DNA of 64,000 nt, taken from contig NC_068981.1 of the NCBI RefSeq assembly GCF_001194135.2, positions 147,873,321-147,937,320 of the forward strand, written 5' to 3'. The notes below the pieces were generated by a model. The model searched no databases. It worked only from the letters and a program-made list of their open reading frames with translations, and had not been told where the DNA came from. Origin of the DNA: Octopus bimaculoides. Lineage: Eukaryota. Both the position numbers and the translations under genes were made by a program. Shown here one piece after another: positions 52,991-64,000 of the stretch; positions within the stretch are counted from its first letter, which is position 1; each line of letters opens with the position of its first letter.

Positions 52991-53116
52991 AGCATCTATA
53001 TCAGCGACGGGGAACCCCTAGCCTTTAGATTTGAAATGTCCAGCAGACAGAATATTTAAAAATCTTTTGATATAAGATGTACACCTATAAATTTGTAAAA
53101 ATAAATAGTCATTATA

Positions 53117-53283
53117 GGCTGGCATGGCTGTATGATAAGAAGCTTGCATCCCAACCCCATGGTCCTGGTTTCAGTCCCACTGCATGGCATCTTGGGCAAG
53201 TGCCTTCTACTGTAGCCTCAGGCTGACCAAAGTCTCGTGAGTGGATTTGGTGGACAGAAACTGAAAGAAGCCTGTTGTGTGTG

Positions 53284-53372
<89 letters not shown>

Positions 53373-53590
53373 GTGTCTGTGTTTGTGTCCCCCCCCCCAC
53401 CATCACTTAACAACCGATGCTGGTGTATTTACGTCTCTGTAACTTAGCGGTTCGGCAAAAAAAAAGAGACCGATAGAATAAGTACTAGGCTTACAAAGAA
53501 TAAGTCCTAGGGTCGATTTACTCGACTAAAGGCGGTGCTCCACCATGGCCACAGTCAAGTGACTGAAACAAGTAAAAGAGTAAAAGAGTA
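53117..53590 (+). mobile_element. SINE-A, full length
   Basis: Colinear with the other copies; long internal (TA)n. Confidence 0.9.
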
Positions 53591-53909
53591 ATTCCTAATA
53601 CTAGCTCATTTTTGGTGATCTTGTGTCAGATGATGAAAGGTTATAGCAAGACAGAGAGACAGAAACAGGTATCTTGTAAAAGAAGTACAAGTTTACCCCG
53701 CCAAGGAGGGAGAGAGAGAAAGAAAGAGAGAGAGAAAGAAAGAGAGAGAGAAAGAAAGAGAGAGAGAAAGAAAGAGAGAGAGAATGAGAGAGAGAGATCA
53801 GGAATGAAGACAGAAACAGGTATGCTACAGCAAAGGAAATACATGGGTGTTTCCTTTGCGGTAGCGCACATGTTTCTATAAAAATATAATAGGATACTTA
53901 AACATCGAA

Positions 53910-53982
53910 TGACTATGGGGGCTTATCCAAGTAAAATAGGAATCAAAGGGTTCCATAAGGGAAAAATGGCTGAGAACCCCTG
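53910..53982 (-). mobile_element. Solo hAT-like terminal fragment
   Basis: Reverse complement begins CAGGGGTTCTCAGCCATTTTT; no partner end found. Confidence 0.5.
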
Positions 53983-54119
53983 TATTAAAGATTCTTTTAC
54001 ATCTGCTTTAAACAGCCACTCAACCAAGAGAGGAACCAAATTTCCCACAAATCACAACCTAACAAGGAAAGATGTATTTATAATTATCATCATCATTGTC
54101 ATCATCATTATTTGACGTC

Positions 54120-54320
54120 TGTAAGGTGTTGAGCTGGCGAAATGCTTAGCAGTATTTTGTTTGTCACTATGTTCTGAGTTCAAATTCTGCTGTGGTTGAG
54201 TTTGCCTTTCTTCCTTTCAAAGTCGATTAGATAAGTACCAATTATGCACCATGGTTGATGTAATTGACTATCCCCCTCCACCACAATTTCAGGTCTTGTG
54301 CCAATAGAAGAAATGATTAA
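54120..54320 (+). mobile_element. SINE-B
   Basis: Matches the SINE-B head and body; another copy at about 51035-51250. Confidence 0.75.
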
Positions 54321-55619
54321 TTAATGTTTGTTTTCCATGCTGGCATGTGTAGGATGGTTTGACAGGAACTGGCAAACCACAGGGCTGTGCCAAGCTCTAA
54401 TGTCAGCCTGGCCATGGTTTCTACAGCTTGGTGCTCTTTTTAATACCAACCACTTTACAATGTGTACTGGTTGCTTTTTTATGCCACTGTTCTTTTCCTG
54501 CAAGACAGGAAAAGAACACAAAAGCTGCCTCAAGAAAGTGGGGGGAGTATTTAAGAGGAGGTGATTTTATGCCGGGTTTCGAAAGAGGGAACGAGCTCAG
54601 GTGTCTTGCAATGGAGTGGTATATGGCTATCTCACATTATATAATGATGGGAGTAGCTGGAAAAAAGATAAAGATAATAATAACAGGGTGCCAAAACAAA
54701 CTCTCAAGGTTTGTTATGTCTGCTATCAACAAGGAGAGCATAAGAGAGGTCACAGAGAGTGGATCAGGGGGAAGAAGAGGGTGTAGTTTCATGAGAGTGT
54801 GAGGCTGGGAGTAAAAGATTGTTAGGGATAATGGTAGAGGTGAATGATAGTGAGTGATCAACAAGGGTGGAGATGCAATTGATTGGAAATATCAGTATGG
54901 AGAGGGGGTAAGATGAAAGATATAGAATAGTTCATGAAGGTGGATAGACCAGAAAGTAGGAGAATGATGTGCAAGGTGTAAGAGCAATGGGGAGGGAGTC
55001 ATAGAGGTATATAAGGGTGATTACAGTGAATTGGGAATGATGGTGGATATGAGAGGATATTGAGAATGATAGCAGACATAACAGACATTCATACCCCTAA
55101 AATGAAAACAAGTGAGTCATGGCTAGGTTTGCCTGTTCTGGATTGACTTAGGTTTAAACACCAACTTGTACCAAGATCACAAGTTTCTGCTTCTAAACAA
55201 ATTTAATTGAAGCTGCACATTTTGTTCAGTTTCTTATTGTTAACTACCCCTCTTAGAATCAACAACACTCCATACTTTAAAATGAACTAAGTATGTTTGC
55301 GTTTTTTTTTTAAGTCTCTAGTTTTGTAGCTCTAATAACTTTACTAGAATTTGAAGAACCTCATCCTCCATCTAATAGACTAAACTCCTCATCACAAATT
55401 CTAATTATAGTTTGATGTGGATCATTAACAAAAAAAAAAAATGGTGAGGGAGAGGGAAAGAACAAACACAACAAAACACTGAGCAATAAACTTGTTAAAT
55501 ATTTGATTGACTATAGAAAAATTAAGCTTCACAGAATTATTTTGCTTTCTGTTTGTGTGTATTTATCCACACCCACCCAAACATATACCATACACGCACC
55601 TCAAACATAGATTGTATAT

Positions 55620-55832
55620 GAGCACACGTGTGTGTGTGTGTGACTGTATGAGTGTGTGTGTGTGTATACACACATACACGCTAATATATATATTTATACA
55701 TACATATATATACACACACATACTAATATATATATTTATACACCTACACATGCATATATGTACACACATGCACTCAAATACACCTCCATATATATATACG
55801 TGTTTATATTGCATACACTTGCATCTATATGT

Positions 55833-55881
<49 letters not shown>

Positions 55882-55940
55882 TACACGCACACCCAAACAC
55901 ACAGACACGCCCCCATATATCTGTGTGTATACATATGCAC
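55620..55940. repeat. Compound (TA)/(CA) low-complexity tract
   Basis: Directly visible. Confidence 0.9.
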
Positions 55941-56339
55941 ACAAACTAGAATGTTAATTTTCATCAATCATTCTACTAAAGGTTTTAGTTTTTGTTGTAT
56001 ATAGTTGTTTGCTTTAAAGCAACACTCCAGTTAAATTCTCTCAGAGAAGTGGTTAAATATTGATTGAACTTCATTTGATTTTACAAGAAATCTAAAACCA
56101 GATGCCATAAATAAAATCCAACACACACTTTAATTACAGAGGCAGAGTGACTAAGTTTTAGAATTGTTGGACTACTGACAAAAATGTTATGAGTTCAAAA
56201 CAAGTTACTGGCATCATTTGTTATTGTAGTAGTTATCCCCACTTCATCTCTGATCAAGGAGATATTTGAGCAAAAGCATTCCAGGTGTGACCATCAAGTC
56301 TCATTTTATTTTCTTATTTTCAAACAGGAAGCAATAACA

Positions 56340-56630
56340 AATGACTGAGACCTTTGGCAATACGCCGTGCTTGAGTAGAAGACCCATCAAGCCAAATGAA
56401 ATCATAGTTGCAGCAAATACTGGGGTCACACAACTGGCATCCATGCCAGTGGAATGTAAAAACACTCATTACACTCTTAGAGTGGTTGGTGTTATGAAGG
56501 GCATCCAGCTGTAGAAACCATGCCTAATCAGATTGGAGTCTGGTGCAGCCCTGGTCAAACCATCCAACCCATGCCAGTATGGACAATGGACGTTAAATGA
56601 TGACAATGATGAGGATGATGAGGATGATGA
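56340..56630 (+). mobile_element. RTE 3' UTR fragment
   Basis: Same 3' end motif with a (GAT/GAG) tail. Confidence 0.75.
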
Positions 56631-56904
56631 GTATAATTTAATTCTTTATGCCTTTTGGTTTAAATCAATCTAAATCCAAATGTGTGCTTTGTTTTTAAAT
56701 AGTAGGGTACAATTTGCTATTTCTAGCAGGTTAAATTACCATATATAAACTCTCTCCACTTACATTGGCTTGTAAACGCTTATGAAATTTATACATAAAT
56801 ATTTGCTTAAAATAAAATATATTTTTACATTTATTTATTTAACAGTATTTAACAAATAAGTTTATTGTCAATTAAAAGATTTCGATTAAAAAACATATAT
56901 AAAA

Positions 56905-56999
56905 TCAAATTGCCCATAAAAAGTATTTGCTGTCCACGGACCCCTGTCTTGTCCTTGTGGACCCCCTGTGGTCTGCGGACCACAGTTTGAAAACCCCTG
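56905..56999 (-). mobile_element. Solo hAT-like terminal fragment
   Basis: Reverse complement begins CAGGGGTTTTCAAACTGTGGTCCGCAGACC, a typical hAT MITE end; no partner end found. Confidence 0.55.
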
Positions 57000-57450
57000 A
57001 CTTAAACAATCCAAAGAAATGAAGTATATACATTGCTCTGTATTTAAGCAGTCTGCTATACTGAAATATACAGAAGCAGATGTATATTAATAATAACATT
57101 TAATCATTTCAATGCATCTGTAGGCTGCTAGAAAGTAAGCAGGTGTGAAACATATCTCCAATCATCTCAGTACTACATCAAATCATTGTTGTTAACTGAT
57201 GTTCTTGGATCTGACTGCATTAACTCTTCCCAAACCTTTAAAACTGCTACAAATACTAGATTTCACAATCTCTAATAATCTCTTATGGTGACCCCACCCC
57301 CTCCATACATATAACATCACTAAAATTGCATCATAAATATTAAGACTCTTCTTTAAATCTAGCATATACATCAGGGCTCTATTTCCACAAATCTAATGTA
57401 AGACTAACACTGGATTACTGTTTGCTTTGAAGAGCTGATGCAGCTGCTAC

Positions 57451-57496
<46 letters not shown>

Positions 57497-57559
57497 CAAA
57501 TATCTTAGAACAACTCCAAAACAATTTGGCCTTGGTCTATGATATCCCCATGTGGGTTT

Positions 57560-57740
57560 GGATTTGACTATTCAGTCACCAATGACCTTAAACAACTCAG
57601 ACATGCTGTTTCTTTTCTCTGTCTTTCCTATCACTATAATAACCTCCACTCCTCTGACTTAACCAACAGTACATTTTTGCCACCCAGACCCACTCATTCA
57701 ACAGTTTTTTTTCTCTTTCTGTCACTCTTATTATGTTTCA
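57560..57740 (+). mobile_element. CR1/Jockey-group LINE remnant
   Basis: RHAVSFLCLSYHYNNLHSSDL resembles the RRxVxSLxLFYRYYxGxCSxEL motif. Confidence 0.55.
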
Positions 57741-59469
57741 CCTCCAAGATATGACACTAAATACTTCACTAATCCTTCTTCTCCAGATCTGTGGCCCTCT
57801 ACATTTCCTTCTACACCTTTTTTTTCCAACATTTTTACACCAATATTTTTTCTAGACATCAGTTTATAGATGTCAAATCAAGCTCACAAGTTGAGAGGAC
57901 CTTCAAAGGTCATGAGCACTGCTCTTTTTCCTTTAGCTAACTTATTAAGGAAAAGTTTTTGATCTTTCTCAGTCGCAACTATCCTCCACCATGAACTTAT
58001 ATTATACATCGTACATCATCCATTTGTATCACATGCCCATAGTAACATAGCTACCATGGTAGCACATTATCTATTATTATCTCATCTGTTCCTATTTATT
58101 AATTTACTAGCTACAGTCAAAATAATAAAGCAAACGATATTTGCCTGGCCTGCAAGAAAAAATCCATTCATGAAATAATATATCTTGCTGTGTTTCATAA
58201 AAATATCTCAATATGCTGAATTAGACAAAAGTATGAAAACAGGTTGAAGCATTAAAAATTTAAAAACTGTGCATCTAAGTATCAACTTTATTTCTTATGT
58301 AATATAACTGTAATACAATGTGAAAAATGGAAGCATTATTAAAAAACTCAGATTTATAAAAGAGAGGAATAGAACAATCTGACATTTATTCTGGATTGCA
58401 GACAGACTTACATGAACTGGTTTATTCTATGCTGTTGGTGTATATGTTAGTATATGCTTAGGTACAATAGTAACTCTAGTATTTTTTCTAGTCTTTCAGT
58501 GAAGCCTTATAATAAATACAATATTCCTCCAAGTAATGACCAAGTGAGTATAGGTGGTGAAGTTATTATGTTGGTTACGTCAGAGGAACAGAGGTTATTG
58601 TTATAGCAATAGGTGAGACAAAGAGAATAAACAAGTTCCTTTACTTCTAGAAGCCTTATTCAATTGCATGGCCAAAATAGTCAAGTTTTTTTCTCAAACT
58701 GAACTTAGTAATAAACAACTAAATCATCCTCAAATCAAAATGCTACATCACTGGCCAATGGAAGATAATTCAGGAATTTGAATAGTATAATACTAAAAAG
58801 TATAACTTAAATAATAGCATTCAACCTCTTTACTATGCATATTGGACATTTTTTAAAAATTTTATAGAATTCAGTCCATATATTTTAACAACAAAATTTC
58901 AATAAAATACAATGTATGGAAAGACCAAGGAGAAAATCAACATTTAATTTTAAGGGTACATAACAAAAGCCAAAATATTGATGGTAGAGCATTAGGGCCC
59001 TTTGTGATTCTTATAGCTGAAACATCATCATCATCATCATCATCATCATCATTTTAACATCTACTTTTCCTTCTTGCATGCATCAAATGGAATTTGTGGA
59101 TGGAGATTTTTTACAGCCGGATGCCCTTCTTGTTACCAACCCTCACCTATTTCCAAGCAAGGTAATATTTTCAATGGCTTGACATGTTTCCATAGAAAAT
59201 TGGAAATAAATGACACCACTTGTATGATGGTGACACTCATTTACAGCTATTGTGTAATGTCAAGACAAGGAGACACAAACACATATACATGCATGTAGAC
59301 ATGGTTATGTGGTAAGAAGCTTGCTTACCAGCTACATGGTTCTAGATTCAGTCCCACTATGTGGCATCTTGGGTAAGTGTATTTTATTATAGTCTCAAGC
59401 CAATCAAAGCCTTGTGAGTGGATTTGTTAGATGGAAACTGAAAGAAGCTCATCATATACATACACACAC

Positions 59470-59548
<79 letters not shown>

Positions 59549-59560
59549 CATACATATACA

Positions 59561-59600
<40 letters not shown>

Positions 59601-60153
59601 CCCCCACCACTGCTTGACAAGGCCTTGGCGGAATTTGAAACTCAGAACATAAAGAAGGACGAAATGCCTCTAAGCATTTTGTTCCACACACTAACAATTT
59701 TCTCAGCTTGCCACCTTAGCAGTAGTAGCAATAGTAGTAGTTATGATGATGAGGATGATTTAGGCATAAGTTTAGAAAATCTCTGATTTACAAAGACAAC
59801 GACAACACCAGTTATTTACAAATGCCATATAAATGACTAATGAAAGCAGTGGTAACAAGTATTACATGATTCAGCAGAACTGACAGCTTGTGTTTTGAAC
59901 TGAAATGTTATGTTTATTGAGCTACACTGATATCCTCCCTTCAATGATGGAAATGAAGGAAAGACAGAACTGAGTAAACAATTCAATCAGAGGTAAATAG
60001 CAAAGCTGAAGTCTTATAACGTCGTCAACATTACTCAATGTCCACTTTTCCATGCTTGCATGGACCAGTTAATATCTGTTGAGGCAAACTTTTTAGGTAA
60101 ATGTCCTTCCTGTCATTGCCATACTTCACTTATTTCCAAACAAGGTAATATTT

Positions 60154-60323
60154 ACAGTTCTATATTTAAGAGATGAGGAATTATGTACATTATTTACAAT
60201 TGACGGATATTTGACCTCATCTTGTTTGTTGTCAACACAATGTTTCAGGCATATGGCGTAGTGGTACGCTACTAACCCCAAGATTCCGAGTTCGATTCCA
60301 GGCAGTGACCTGAATAATAATAA

Positions 60324-60354
<31 letters not shown>

Positions 60355-60526
60355 AAGAAGAAGAACAACAACAACAACATCGAAAAATATCTTAGAAATG
60401 AGAACCAAGGTTTGAAATTTCCCAAAACACCTGATGAAGGCTGGAGGGTATATCAGCCGAAACGTTGTGTTAACAACAAACAAGATGAGGACAAATATCC
60501 ATCAATTGTAAATAATGTAAATAATG
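60154..60526 (+). mobile_element. tRNA-headed, Penelope-tailed non-autonomous retroelement with 5' inverted arm (copy 2)
   Basis: Exact 12-bp TSD AAGGTAATATTT at 60142-60153 and 60527-60538; it interrupts another repeat that is seen unbroken near 59150-59190. Inverted tail 60154-60247; head from 60248 with B-box GAGTTCGATTCC; (AAT)(AAG)(AAC) linker; tail ending in (TGTAAATAA)n. Confidence 0.85.
60426..60471 (+). ncRNA. Minimal type I hammerhead ribozyme motif (Penelope-type)
   Basis: AACAC-CTGATGA-A-GGCTG-gagggtatat-CAGCC-GAA-ACGT-T-GTGTT, with perfect 5-bp stem I and stem II and an intact core. Confidence 0.75.
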
Positions 60527-60652
60527 AAGGTAATATTTTCCAAAACCCAGACATGTTTTTACAGAGGATTGGAACTAAAGGACACTGCTTGCGTGATGGT
60601 GACACTCATTTACAACTATCAAGTCAAGGCAAAGAGACAGTAATACACACAC

Positions 60653-61544
60653 NNNNNNNNNNNNNNNNNNNNNNNNNNNNNNNNNNNNNNNNNNNNNNNN
60701 NNNNNNNNNNNNNNNNNNNNNNNNNNNNNNNNNNNNNNNNNNNNNNNNNNNNNNNNNNNNNNNNNNNNNNNNNNNNNNNNNNNNNNNNNNNNNNNNNNNN
60801 NNNNNNNNNNNNNNNNNNNNNNNNNNNNNNNNNNNNNNNNNNNNNNNNNNNNNNNNNNNNNNNNNNNNNNNNNNNNNNNNNNNNNNNNNNNNNNNNNNNN
60901 NNNNNNNNNNNNNNNNNNNNNNNNNNNNNNNNNNNNNNNNNNNNNNNNNNNNNNNNNNNNNNNNNNNNNNNNNNNNNNNNNNNNNNNNNNNNNNNNNNNN
61001 NNNNNNNNNNNNNNNNNNNNNNNNNNNNNNNNNNNNNNNNNNNNNNNNNNNNNNNNNNNNNNNNNNNNNNNNNNNNNNNNNNNNNNNNNNNNNNNNNNNN
61101 NNNNNNNNNNNNNNNNNNNNNNNNNNNNNNNNNNNNNNNNNNNNNNNNNNNNNNNNNNNNNNNNNNNNNNNNNNNNNNNNNNNNNNNNNNNNNNNNNNNN
61201 NNNNNNNNNNNNNNNNNNNNNNNNNNNNNNNNNNNNNNNNNNNNNNNNNNNNNNNNNNNNNNNNNNNNNNNNNNNNNNNNNNNNNNNNNNNNNNNNNNNN
61301 NNNNNNNNNNNNNNNNNNNNNNNNNNNNNNNNNNNNNNNNNNNNNNNNNNNNNNNNNNNNNNNNNNNNNNNNNNNNNNNNNNNNNNNNNNNNNNNNNNNN
61401 NNNNNNNNNNNNNNNNNNNNNNNNNNNNNNNNNNNNNNNNNNNNNNNNNNNNNNNNNNNNNNNNNNNNNNNNNNNNNNNNNNNNNNNNNNNNNNNNNNNN
61501 NNNNNNNNNNNNNNNNNNNNNNNNNNNNNNNNNNNNNNNNNNNN
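60653..61544. other. Assembly gap
   Basis: N-run. Confidence 1.
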
Positions 61545-61632
61545 ATTTAGAATATATATATATATATTTAGAATATATATATATATATATTTAGAATATA
61601 TATATATATATTTAGAATATATATATATATAT
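61545..61632. repeat. (TTTAGAA(TA)n) minisatellite next to a gap
   Basis: About 5 copies, each TTTAGAA followed by a (TA)n run. Confidence 0.9.
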
Positions 61633-64000
61633 TTAGAATATATATATTTAGAATGATAAGGTAGTCAGAATGTTGGAAGATTGTATATTTTTATTTATTT
61701 ACACCTTATTTACATTTTAATAAGATGTAAATAAACAAAAAAATATATATAACCATCCAACATTCTATCTTATTATTCTGGAGCTCTGGTCCTCTGGAGC
61801 TCCATTATGTCAACAAATGCAAAAGTATACATCTTGATAACAGGCCTAGAAAGGATCATAAGAAATGTGTCTCAGAAGTGTTGACTCTGTGAACTGAGAA
61901 AACATGTACAGGATTTCATCTATTGCATGCATCATACAACTAAACAAAATATTCACCAAGTTTAATACAAAAAAATTCTTTGCCAAGATTAGACCCTTCG
62001 AATAGCATCTAATAGTTTGCCTGTATTTTTGGTAGCGTTTTTTTTTTTTTTTAGGTTAATCATGAGTCATGGGACTCTAGACCAAAGTTTAATCCAGTTT
62101 CTATTGTATATAACTGACTGAAATTACAACACCCCCACCCACACTGAACAGGACACCAATCTTTTGCAGGTTTAACTTCCAAGTTTTTGCTTGAACTCCT
62201 TTACAGCTGAGTGAACTGAAGCAATGTGAAATGAAGTATTTCACTCAAGGACGCAGTGCAATGCCCACTTGAGGAATGAAAACTACAATCTTGCTACTAT
62301 TAATGCAAAACCCTAATTACTAGGCCATCTTCCTTGACCCTGTTGTGTTTCCCTCCATGTATAGCTTCTATTGTAAAAGAATCATTTAGTATGAATTTTT
62401 CTAGTAAACAGCATCACTCTTTCAGCTACAAGAATTTTTTTCTCATAAATCCTTGGTCTTTAGATTTTCAGATCAATGTAACTCCAATTCTTGGAAAAAT
62501 ATTTGAACACAAGCTAAAAGAATGACATAAGCAAAACATCTGAAGCCACATTTTAACACCATTTATTATATTTATTCTATGTTCAATATCACACTTGTCT
62601 ATTTCAGCTATAAATACATAAAGAAATAAAATGAAGACCAGAAGATTGTTTACAAAATGTAGATGATTAGTTATTTAGAATTATTTTAGTTTATTATTTA
62701 TCTCCAGCATTTCTTCTTTTACTGGTTTTAGTCATTAGATTGTGACCATGCTGGAACACTACATTTTACAGTTGTGGCCAATTATATTGAGTTGAAGCTA
62801 AATGTCCCTCAATATGTGTGCGTATTTGTGCATGAGGGGCTGAGAGCATCTTGACATTGTCTGGTAGTTGTAAAACGCATGTCACAATCATAAAGTAATG
62901 TCTTTCAATTTCAGTCTTCTAGGAAAACACCTCTGGTCATGGGAAATACTACCTTACTTGGAAACAGGTGAAGGTTAGCAACAGGAAGAGCACTGGGTCA
63001 TAAATAATTTGCCTCAACAAATACCATCTAGCCTATGTAAGCATAGAAAAGTAGACATTAAAATGATGATGATGACTATGAAGCTGAAGATAATGAACAG
63101 TGTTTTGATCATTTTGTGGTGGCAGAACCCACACAAGTGGTAGAATGTTTGACTATGATTAACATAAGTTAATTAAGTAATATGTAATAGGATATAGTAA
63201 AATGCATGCTGTAACAATAACTCAGTGTTGAAACCCTATTGTGGAGCATCATTTTCTCTCAACTATGCTGACATTTAGGCATTTATCTGTCTAACTGGAA
63301 GGAAAACAACTTTCGTAATGATATCAGATTTCGATGAATATCTATAAAATATCATTGAAAATTATCAGAAAGAGTTTTAAACAACATTTGGCTGAAGCAA
63401 ACCAAAAGAAGGTTTAGATTTGATATATTATAAATGTCACCTAGACCTACCATCAAGGTGAGGAATGTTATGGGCTATCATAAAATTTTGAATTAATTAG
63501 ATGATCACAATATCTGAAAGACAAAGAAATAGTCTTTCTACTCATTTCACATTGACATACATCATCTGCCAAGCTACAGGTTTACTCTTTATTCTCTATA
63601 TTTCTCCCTTAACATTCCACATATAAAATGAAATATAAATATATAATATATGTGAAAATATATCAAAAATAAATATATTTAAAATATTCTTAACATTGAA
63701 GTTAAACATAGAGAAACTAGAAACATATGAGATATAAAGATATATTATATATATATATAGCAGTATACCAGTGTTGTAAAAAAAAAAACAACACTTTCGT
63801 TAATAGAAAATGGTGTATTATTGAAAATAGTGGGAAAAACCATTGATAAGTTTCTTAACTAAAATCTCAGCACTTTATATTCAACAAAAAAATGTTTCAA
63901 AAATGTGATGGTGCTTTTAACATTTGTGAAGCCTTTCATAATAGAACTTTTAATACAAAAGTGTGTGGATGTGTGTGTTTGTGTATATATATAACAAAAG

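Noticed and set aside
60412-61656. 414-aa ORF
   Set aside because: It is an artefact of reading through an N gap; the same applies to the ORFs at 4623-5162 and 40662-41138.

Overview
AT-rich animal genomic DNA, packed with repeats and microsatellites, with four assembly gaps. The repeat families and the (CA)/(GAT)/(TA) microsatellite load suggest an octopus or other coleoid cephalopod; this is an inference. I could not support any intact host protein-coding gene. Nearly all listed ORFs are microsatellite translations or transposon debris, so the window reads as a large intron or an intergenic region. It contains several tRNA-headed SINE families, many 5'-truncated 3' ends of an RTE-clade LINE with (GAT)n tails, two RTE reverse transcriptase remnants and CR1/Jockey-like LINE ends. 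It also has Tc1/mariner derivatives of three families (DD41D, DD37D, DD34D), hAT, piggyBac and Helentron-type MITEs, and a tRNA-Glu pseudogene. The most interesting structure occurs twice, at 840-1312 and 60154-60526, each time with a target-site duplication (TSD). It is a short non-coding element made of a tRNA-like Pol III head, a trinucleotide linker, a Penelope-type tail carrying a minimal hammerhead ribozyme, and an inverted copy of that tail fused to its 5' end. It looks like a ribozyme-bearing SINE mobilised by a Penelope-like element. Two separate ~850-bp fold-back transposons, each built from two 3' ends, are also notable.
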